Positions 57,127-64,000 of a stretch of DNA of 64,000 bases are shown here, one piece after another; the stretch's first letter is position 1; every line of letters begins with the position of its first letter. Origin of the DNA: Elusimicrobiota bacterium (GTDB lineage Bacteria > Elusimicrobiota > Elusimicrobia > JACQPE01); contig JBHPMF010000001.1 of the NCBI GenBank assembly GCA_042563375.1, positions 11,007-75,006 of the forward strand. Direction: 5' to 3'. Made by a program: the position numbers and the translations under genes. The notes beneath the pieces were generated by a model. The model was not told the DNA's origin, did not search any database, and saw nothing but the letters and a program-made list of their open reading frames with translations.

Positions 57127-58398
57127 TTAGCCATATCTCAATATCTGCGACACTTCGAGCTTTGCTGTTTGATATGCCGGAATAATACTTACAATGACGC
57201 TCAATATCCACGCCAGGATAACGACTATCATGGTCTCGCCTGCTGTTATCCTGATCGGCAGACTTTCAAGCATATAAATCGCAGGAGGAAGATGCACGAT
57301 CTCAGTGTATTTGATGAGAAAATATATCGGGCACGATATTATAAGGCCTAATATGCTTCCCAGGATTCCAAGGATAGCCCCGAGCGAAAGTATCAGATGG
57401 CTCAGTTCTTTCCTGGACACTCCGAGACTGCGAAGGGACCCAAGCATCTTTGTTTTTTGTGAGCCGATAAGAATAAGATTGCTCGCGATTCCGACTGTTG
57501 CCACGAAAATTATCAGCGATATCACGAGGCTCAGCATCATTTTCTCAAGCTTTAAAGCGGAAAACAGGCTTTTGTTTATCTCGCTCCATGGAACGATCCT
57601 GGCTACAGCAGGCTCATCGGCAAACTCGGCTTTAAGGGTATCGGATAGCTCCTTGGATTTTTCAATATCAGAGCCTTTCACCCCGATCCACGCTGACTGG
57701 ATCAGGTTTCTGAGCTGGTATGCTTTCATGGCGTCGATCAGCGCGAATGAAGAATCATACTCGTAATATCCTGATCTGAATATTCCCTTCACATATGCCT
57801 TGTAAATGGCAGGGGTCATGGCCAGGGCTGAATTGTGGCCCGGAGCAAGAAGCAGGAGCTCGCTTCCCACTGTGACCGCCAGGTTCTCAGCCAATTCGCT
57901 GCCTATTATGATCGGCACAGCTTGCGTTCTTTTTTGAGGGGCTTGCGCATGGCCGGGTTCAAGCCACTTGCCTTTTATAATGAGATCTTTTGTTCGCGTT
58001 ACCTCCCCTTCGTGCATAGGGTCTACGGCTTTAAGCATCACACCAAGGCTTCCTCTTCCGGTACGCAATATCGCCTGGCCCAGAAAAAACGGAGAAACGC
58101 CTTTTACATGGTCCTTCTTGGACCTTATTCTGTCAATAAGTTCTTTTCCTGATATTTTAAAAACCCTTGGCTCAACTTCAGCCAGACGCATGAACACATG
58201 AGGCGAAAGTCCCAATATGCGGCTTTTGATCTCATGATGGAATCCATTAACGACTCCAAGGGTTATGATGAGACTTGCCACTCCGACTGCTATGGCTATT
58301 ATCGAGATCAATATAGAGAACTTCTGGAGCGTGGGATTATGCGGGTATCGCAGGATCTTCCATGCAAGCCAGAAATAGGGGACTTTCTTTTTATTCAT
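57127..58398 (-). CDS. Lipoprotein-release-type ABC permease (LolC/LolE, FtsX/MacB_PCD family)
   Basis: N-terminal TM helix, large periplasmic domain, and C-terminal FtsX three-TM bundle. Confidence 0.75.
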   Translation of the reverse strand: MNKKKVPYFWLAWKILRYPHNPTLQKFSILISIIAIAVGVASLIITLGVVNGFHHEIKSRILGLSPHVFMRLAEVEPRVFKISGKELIDRIRSKKDHVKGVSPFFLGQAILRTGRGSLGVMLKAVDPMHEGEVTRTKDLIIKGKWLEPGHAQAPQKRTQAVPIIIGSELAENLAVTVGSELLLLAPGHNSALAMTPAIYKAYVKGIFRSGYYEYDSSFALIDAMKAYQLRNLIQSAWIGVKGSDIEKSKELSDTLKAEFADEPAVARIVPWSEINKSLFSALKLEKMMLSLVISLIIFVATVGIASNLILIGSQKTKMLGSLRSLGVSRKELSHLILSLGAILGILGSILGLIISCPIYFLIKYTEIVHLPPAIYMLESLPIRITAGETMIVVILAWILSVIVSIIPAYQTAKLEVSQILRYG

Positions 58399-59893
58399 GC
58401 GTTTTAGGTTTCAATGTAGGGAACAATATTACTTCCCTGATGCTTTTAATATCAAGCAATGCCATGACAAGGCGGTCAATGCCTATGCCAAGGCCGCCTG
58501 TGGGAGGCATGGCGTATTCAAGGGCATTGATGAATTCATCATCAACAGGAGGAGCTTCTTCATCTTTCTCCTCTTCTCTTAAGGAAGCCTGGACCTCCAT
58601 CCTTTTTCTCTGCTCTGCCGGGTCATTTAATTCCGTGAAAGCATTGGCTGCTTCAGCATGCTTGATAAAGAGTTCGAATCTCTCAACAAGATGCGGTTTT
58701 CCGGGCATTGATTTAGCGAGAGGGCTGATCGCTGTGGGATAATCAAACATAAATACTGCTTCCCCAAGCTTAGGAATAACGCATGTATCCATGATCTTGT
58801 CGAAGATCTTATTTGTCGGCATTGCTTCATCAGCTTTTATCTGCAAGCCAGCTGCTTTTTCCTTTAATTTAGCGCGGTTGAATCTGTGCGGATCATCAAG
58901 AAGATTTTCCAGGTCCTCGCCTGTGGCTTTCTTCCATTCTTCGGGCAGGCTCACTCGCTCAAAAGTCATTTTCGGTTTTCCAAGGGAGTCCTGAGCATTG
59001 TTGATTATCTCTGTTGTAAGCTTAGCCATACCTTCATAATCATTGTACGCCTCATACACTTCAAGCATCGTGAACTCAGGATTATGCTGGGTGTCGATAC
59101 CTTCGTTCCTGAAACATTTTCCTATCTCATAGACCTTTTCCATGTCTCCGACAATGAGGCGCTTAAGGTAGAGCTCCGTTGCTATGCGCAGGAATAGATC
59201 TGTTTCCAGGGCATTATGGAAACTTGTGAATGGCTTGGCAGCGGCTCCGCCTGCTTTTATCTGGAACACAGGCGTTTCCACTTCAGTGAATCCCTTCTGA
59301 TTCAGCGTATTCCTTACGGAGTCGATGATCTTCGCCCGGGAACCAAATATCGAGGCTATCTGGGAACTTGACATTAGATCAAGATATCTTTGCCTGTATC
59401 TGGTCTCAGTGTCTTTGAGTCCGTGCCATTTCTCGGGCGGAGGGTTGAGTGACTTTGAAAGAAGAGACCACTTTTTCGCGTGCACTGACGGCTCTCCTGT
59501 TTTGGTTTTGAAAGGAAACCCTTCTATCCCAACGATATCTCCCACCTCAATGGTGCTGGAAAATATGGGGTAAGTATCCGCGAGTTCGTCTTTTCTCATG
59601 TATATCTGGATCTTGCCTGTGGAGTCCTTTACATGAAAAAATCTTGTTTTACCCATGGATCTCATCTGCATTATGCGGCCCGCAACTATCACTGTTTTGT
59701 CCTCAAGCCTTGCCCCTATCTCAAGGTCCTTGGCGAGATCATAAACTTCCTGAGCTTTGTGGGTTCGGTTGAATCGCGGCGGATACAGATCGATCCCCGC
59801 GTCTTTTAAGTGCTGTATCTTAAGTTCCTTATCTTTATTCATAATTAATCCTGTAATTATATTACGCAATAGCGCAATAATGCAATAACGCAA
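58391..59893 (-). CDS. lysS: Lysine--tRNA ligase (class II). Probable true start MNKDKEL at 59842; the 17 upstream codons are a translation of 8-mer repeats.
   Basis: OB-fold anticodon-binding domain plus class II motifs (FRNEG, GGLGIGIDRL). Confidence 0.9.
   Translation of the reverse strand: MRYCIIALLRNIITGLIMNKDKELKIQHLKDAGIDLYPPRFNRTHKAQEVYDLAKDLEIGARLEDKTVIVAGRIMQMRSMGKTRFFHVKDSTGKIQIYMRKDELADTYPIFSSTIEVGDIVGIEGFPFKTKTGEPSVHAKKWSLLSKSLNPPPEKWHGLKDTETRYRQRYLDLMSSSQIASIFGSRAKIIDSVRNTLNQKGFTEVETPVFQIKAGGAAAKPFTSFHNALETDLFLRIATELYLKRLIVGDMEKVYEIGKCFRNEGIDTQHNPEFTMLEVYEAYNDYEGMAKLTTEIINNAQDSLGKPKMTFERVSLPEEWKKATGEDLENLLDDPHRFNRAKLKEKAAGLQIKADEAMPTNKIFDKIMDTCVIPKLGEAVFMFDYPTAISPLAKSMPGKPHLVERFELFIKHAEAANAFTELNDPAEQRKRMEVQASLREEEKDEEAPPVDDEFINALEYAMPPTGGLGIGIDRLVMALLDIKSIREVILFPTLKPKTHE
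59853..59890. repeat. (GCAATAAC)-type 8-mer x4 tandem array in the lysS leader region
   Basis: tattacgcaatagcgcaataatgcaataacgcaataacg. Confidence 0.8.
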
Positions 59894-59906
59894 TAACGTT
59901 CCGGTT

Positions 59907-61002
59907 TCATTCTCTCTTCCACGGCGTCTTGGGCTTCTTGATTATGAGGTAATCCAAAAATCCGTCAATAAAAGGTCCTAATGCCCCATCAAGGACTTCT
60001 TCGGGTTTTGATGATTCGACTTGCGTTCTAAGGTCTTTTACCTGCCTGTATGGCATGAGCACGTATGATCTTATCTGGTTCCCCCACCCCATCAGGCCTT
60101 TGCTGTCATAGCGCTTTTCCTGGGCAACCCTTTTTTTATCCATCTCCATCTCATAAAGCCTGGCTTTGAGCATTTTCATGGCGATATTGCGGTTCTTAAA
60201 TTGGGATCGCTCAGCTTGGCACGCAACTATCGTATTGGTGGGCAAATGCGTGATGCGGACCGCGGTTTCAACCTTATTAACGTTTTGTCCTCCGTGCCCG
60301 CCTGCCCTGAACGTATCCAGTTTTATCTCGCTGTCAGGGATCTCGATCTCAATATCCTTCTCAATATCAGGGAGCACGTCGCAGCTGGCGAATGATGTGT
60401 GTCTTCTTTTATTCGAGTCAAACGGGCTTACCCTGACAAGGCGATGGACCCCTGTTTCCCCCTTAAGCATGCCGTACGCGCATTCCCCGTTAACCAGGGC
60501 ATCAACGCTTTTTATGCCTGCTTCATCTCCTACGAGTATGTTTGTTATCGTGAATTCAAAGCCTTCTTTTGAAGCCCACATCTTGTACATTCTAAGCAGT
60601 ATTTCAGCCCAGTCGCAGGCTTCAGTGCCTCCGGCTCCGGCATGGATCGAGAATATGGCATTGGATCTGTCGTGTTCTCCCGAGAGCTTCAGTTTTATCT
60701 CCCAGGTTTCAATGCTTTTCCCTATTTCAGAGAGCGCTCTTTCCGCGGCATTGATCTCATGCGCGTCCTGGTCCTGGGCAGCAAGATCCCAGTAAGCCAT
60801 AGCGTCTTTTGTCTGGGTTTCAATATTTGTGAAATCATCGATATTTTTTCTTATGTCGGATATTTCTTTTGAAATGGTTTTGGCGTTTTTCGTATCTTGC
60901 CAGAAGCTCGGATCGTGGGTTTGCTCCTCAAGTTCTTGCAGGCGGACTTTTTGTTTTTCTAGGTCAAAGAAGCCTCCTTAGGCGTTCGATTTTTTTCAGC
61001 AT
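59907..61002 (-). CDS. prfB: Peptide chain release factor 2 with programmed +1 frameshift. Frame 0 is [12 protein letters not shown] then UGA (60964-60966); the shift occurs on CUU at 60967-60969.
   Basis: mRNA reads AAGGAGG-CUU-CUU-UGA-C, the classic SD-like element plus CUU UGA C shift site. The +1 frame continues [24 protein letters not shown]... into the listed ORF. Motifs SPF and GGQ(NVNK) are present. Confidence 0.85.
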
Positions 61003-61049
61003 TATGGCTTACATTATCCAAAATTTTAGGCACATTTCAGACTGCCGCC

Positions 61050-61976
61050 TTATTTTCGCGAAGAAGTCTGTTGATTTGCGCTTTTAAGGGCTGCGCTGAT
61101 CGTGTTTATGTGTATCTTGATGCCGTCAGCCAGATTCTTTGAATATCCCCCTCCCAGTGTTACGGCGCATGGGATATGTCTTTTCTGGGCTTCAAAGAAT
61201 ACGATTTCATCCCTTTTTTTCAGGCCTTCCATGCTTAGATTAAGACCTCCAAGGACGTCTTCTTTATATGGGTCAGAGCCTGCCTGGTAAACGATCATCT
61301 GCGGTTTATGCTTGTTAAGAACCTGTTTTAAAGCTTTTTCTAATATTTCCAGATATTGTTCATCTTCTGTGCCGTCTTCAAGGCCTATATCAAGATCGCT
61401 TCTGGGCTTTATGGCGGGATAATTGTTCTGCTGGTGCATGGAGAATGTGAACACATCCGGATCATTCCTGAATATATAAGCTGTTCCATTGCCTTGGTGC
61501 AGATCCAAGTCTATAACAGCGGCTTTTTTGATCCCGCCCTTCTTTTGCATAGCCATGATCGCGATCGCCATATCATTAAGCGCACAGAATCCTTCTCCAT
61601 GGTCCGGAAAAGCATGATGAAATCCGCCTCCTATGTGGATGCCAACTGAATTTTCCAGTGCCTGTTGGCATGCTTGCGTTGTTGCTCCGCAGCAAAGTAT
61701 GCAGGCCATGGCGAATTCCGGGCTCATTTTAAGCTCGAGCCGCAGTTCATCCTCGATCTCAAGCGTGTTGTTTTTGATCTTGTCAAACCATTCTTTTGTG
61801 TGACAAAGAAGAATGTCTTTATCATGGGCTGCTTTTGGCTCACGAATCCAGGATTTCTTTATTATGCCTGTTGAGACAAGGGCTTCTGCAATAAGCCTGT
61901 ATTTTTGCATTGGAAAAACATGAGGCCCTATGTTTACTTCGTATTTGGGAGAGTAGAAGATGCGAGGGGGCTTCAT
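61050..61976 (-). CDS. Histone deacetylase / acetoin utilization (AcuC)-family zinc amidohydrolase
   Basis: Arginase/deacetylase fold motifs (GGGFHHA, DLDLHQGNG). Confidence 0.75.
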   Translation of the reverse strand: MKPPRIFYSPKYEVNIGPHVFPMQKYRLIAEALVSTGIIKKSWIREPKAAHDKDILLCHTKEWFDKIKNNTLEIEDELRLELKMSPEFAMACILCCGATTQACQQALENSVGIHIGGGFHHAFPDHGEGFCALNDMAIAIMAMQKKGGIKKAAVIDLDLHQGNGTAYIFRNDPDVFTFSMHQQNNYPAIKPRSDLDIGLEDGTEDEQYLEILEKALKQVLNKHKPQMIVYQAGSDPYKEDVLGGLNLSMEGLKKRDEIVFFEAQKRHIPCAVTLGGGYSKNLADGIKIHINTISAALKSANQQTSSRK

Positions 61977-62067
61977 AGCAGATAATAGATAATAGATGGC
62001 AGATGGCAGATGGCTAAAAAAGAAAAGAAAACAATGGTACTGGGTTCTTTTTGATTTCTGGCGCCTT

Positions 62068-62856
62068 CTACCATGTGCCTTTTAGTTTTATTTGCAGCGG
62101 CACCAGGAAAGCTTTTATGGCGTCCATCAGGCGTATTTTCTTACCTTCTTTAACAGTCCTTGGGTTATAAGAGATGGGCGCTTCGCTGAATTTTATTTTT
62201 CCCTGTCCGGTCAGAGTACCTATCTTTGTGGATATTTCAGCTTCAATATCGAATCCGTATTTTTCCAGGCTCAGGCCCTTGATAAGGTTTGTTCTGATGA
62301 TTTTTCGTCCTGTATAGGAGTCAGTGATTAAGGTCCCTGTGAGCAGGCTTATCCATTTTGAAATGAACTTGTTCGCAAAAGCGCAATGCGGATATATTAC
62401 GGGATTGGGCTCAATAAAGCGGCTTCCAAAACATGCATCCAGGCTGTTTTGCGTGATATCCTCCATTATCCTGTCTATATCATGCGGGTCATATTCAAGA
62501 TCAGCATCCTGGATGCAAAAATATCTGCCTGATGAATGCTTGATCGCGGTTATAATGCCTGCGCCTTTGCCTTTTCGCTTTTCATGCTTGAATATCTTTA
62601 TAAGGCCGTTCGACTTATCAGCCATGCTTTTAATGATCTGGGGCGTCGCGTCTGTGCTTGCGTCATCAATGATCATGATTTCCTTGTTGATCTTCAGAGA
62701 AAGCAGTTCGGTGAGCACCCGGCCGACATTGGCTGCTTCATTAAAAGCACATACGGCAATAGTGACTTCCGGAAGATTCGTTTGGCTCATTCTCCGCACC
62801 CGAAGCTTTGCCTTGGTATTGTTCTGCCCATGATTATTCTTTGGGTTTTTTAGCAA
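62068..62856 (-). CDS. Glycosyltransferase family 2
   Basis: VTIAVCAFNEA...IIDDASTD and DADL motifs. Confidence 0.75.
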   Translation of the reverse strand: MLKNPKNNHGQNNTKAKLRVRRMSQTNLPEVTIAVCAFNEAANVGRVLTELLSLKINKEIMIIDDASTDATPQIIKSMADKSNGLIKIFKHEKRKGKGAGIITAIKHSSGRYFCIQDADLEYDPHDIDRIMEDITQNSLDACFGSRFIEPNPVIYPHCAFANKFISKWISLLTGTLITDSYTGRKIIRTNLIKGLSLEKYGFDIEAEISTKIGTLTGQGKIKFSEAPISYNPRTVKEGKKIRLMDAIKAFLVPLQIKLKGTW

Positions 62857-63988
62857 ATAAATAGACTTCGTTGTTTTGTGCGATCAAGCTGTATTCGCCG
62901 TTATCTTGAAGTTTCTCAATATGTTTACGGAGTTCGCTTTGGCCTGAAAGAGGCCATGTATTTCCATGTGCATCCACAATAACATAGTCAGCATTAGGAT
63001 TATCAGGAAACTGATAAAGGTTATTGCGTGTGGCAACATGAGGGCCTATGTCGGATTGCGCGCTTACTGATCCGTCCGCCGGCACGAGCGAAACAATGTG
63101 GCTCAAGGCAGTGCGATGAGATTCACTTATAGGTTTGTAGTATCTTGATACATTAAAGCTCCAGTGAATGATAATCAGGGCCATTATAGGCCAGATCGTG
63201 GCCTTAGAGACAGCTTTTCTTAATGTTAATTTGAATCCGCTGTCAGAGCGCAGTATCGCATTGAGGCCATAGCATGAGCATATTATGACAAGCGGAAGCA
63301 CAGCGCATATATATTGTCCGGACAGGGCCCGTTGAGTGGAATAACTGCTCAGGAAATGCGGAAGCGCAGCGAACAGCGGAAGCGCCATGGCCCATCCGCT
63401 TAAGATCGGCAGAAATATCATGGGCGTAAGAATTTTTAAGATTGTTTTCCATATGACCTGGTCTGAGAGCAGGTTTACGGCGACTTTGTGCGGCGTGAAA
63501 GTAAACGTGCGCAAAACCTCCTGCCAATTTGCGCCCAGGTTCTCGTATCTGTCCATATGCGTAGGCACCTGGGATCCAAGAAAAAACGGCATGATCACAA
63601 AAATAACAAGCACAAATACTATCGCGCTGGAGACGCCAAGAAGCGCGCCCATTATTTTTTTATCTTTCCAGTGAAAAGCCATAAAAACTCCTATGGCTGC
63701 TGATACATGAGGTAAATCCTCTTTGATAAACCACATGGCAATGAAGGCTGCCAAAGCTTTCCAGTGCTTTCCCGTGGATAGCCAATAAAAGCCCCATAAT
63801 ATGCAAGGCACTGCAAGAAATTCAGGATGATAATCAAATCGGTTTATTGCATGAAGCTGGGGGCTGAAAATATAGCATGCGCTAATTAGTATGGCCCATG
63901 ACCTTTGTTTTATTACAACAGCGCAGAGCTTATACGCTCCTATCGCGCCGAGAACCAAAAATAATGATTGAAACAGTATCAGCAGCAT
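62834..63988 (-). CDS. Polytopic integral membrane protein (DUF2079 / GT-C-like putative glycosyltransferase)
   Basis: At least 10 predicted TM helices. Overlaps the downstream GT2. No catalytic motif confidently recognised. Confidence 0.45.
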   Translation of the reverse strand: MLLILFQSLFLVLGAIGAYKLCAVVIKQRSWAILISACYIFSPQLHAINRFDYHPEFLAVPCILWGFYWLSTGKHWKALAAFIAMWFIKEDLPHVSAAIGVFMAFHWKDKKIMGALLGVSSAIVFVLVIFVIMPFFLGSQVPTHMDRYENLGANWQEVLRTFTFTPHKVAVNLLSDQVIWKTILKILTPMIFLPILSGWAMALPLFAALPHFLSSYSTQRALSGQYICAVLPLVIICSCYGLNAILRSDSGFKLTLRKAVSKATIWPIMALIIIHWSFNVSRYYKPISESHRTALSHIVSLVPADGSVSAQSDIGPHVATRNNLYQFPDNPNADYVIVDAHGNTWPLSGQSELRKHIEKLQDNGEYSLIAQNNEVYLFAKKPKE

Positions 63989-64000
63989 GGCGCTTTCCCA

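Noticed and set aside
59843-59893. N-terminal extension MRYCIIALLRNIITGLI of lysS
   Set aside because: Encoded by the gcaataac 8-mer repeats. A good RBS and ATG (MNKDKEL) lie at 59842, which matches LysS N-termini.
60166-60795. 209-aa plus-strand ORF
   Set aside because: Antisense to prfB.

Overview
The window is AT-rich (roughly 40-45% GC) bacterial chromosomal DNA from an organism with a diderm (outer-membrane) envelope. Almost every gene lies on the minus strand; only pilB-pilT-pilC and rpmB are on plus. In order, the recognisable content is: (1) a partial NHL-repeat beta-propeller gene. (2) An acyl-CoA dehydrogenase plus EtfB/EtfA operon. (3) An rnc-acpP-fabG-plsX-rpmF-yceD lipid/ribosome block. 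(4) A ~14 kb surface-glycan locus: GT4, FAD oxidoreductase, WecA/MraY-like priming transferase, heparinase II/III-like protein, a bi-domain MDR-ADH plus Gfo/Idh/MocA oxidoreductase, UDP-sugar dehydrogenase, flippase-like membrane protein, two GT2s and an O-antigen-ligase-like protein. (5) A complete type IV pilus locus: pilQ-P-O-N-M-D-A on minus, pilB-T-C on plus. (6) coaD, recG, rpmB, a short Rel, a ZIP transporter and an MsbA-like exporter. (7) A lipid A / outer-membrane block: lpxB, a Gfo/Idh/MocA oxidoreductase, lpxI, lpxA, lpxC, skp and bamA. lpxD and fabZ are conspicuously absent between skp and lpxC. (8) clpC, a Cys-rich secreted hypothetical, mcsB and mcsA. (9) ilvE, lolD and a lolC/E-like permease. 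(10) lysS, prfB (classic +1 programmed frameshift), an HDAC-family protein, a GT2 and a polytopic membrane protein. No tRNA, rRNA, CRISPR array, transposase or integrase was found. The most unusual signal is structural rather than a gene. The intergenic space is populated by several families of long hairpins whose arms are built from 7- or 8-nt tandem repeats. Each abuts or overlaps the stop codon of the upstream gene and so donates the last few codons of that protein. A separate conserved ~65-bp double-hairpin element always begins at a TGA stop codon and shows compensatory base changes between its three copies. The same heptamer periodicity is also found inside two coding sequences (lpxB and the oxidoreductase linker) and in several promoter regions. 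No protein partner for these elements is evident in the window.
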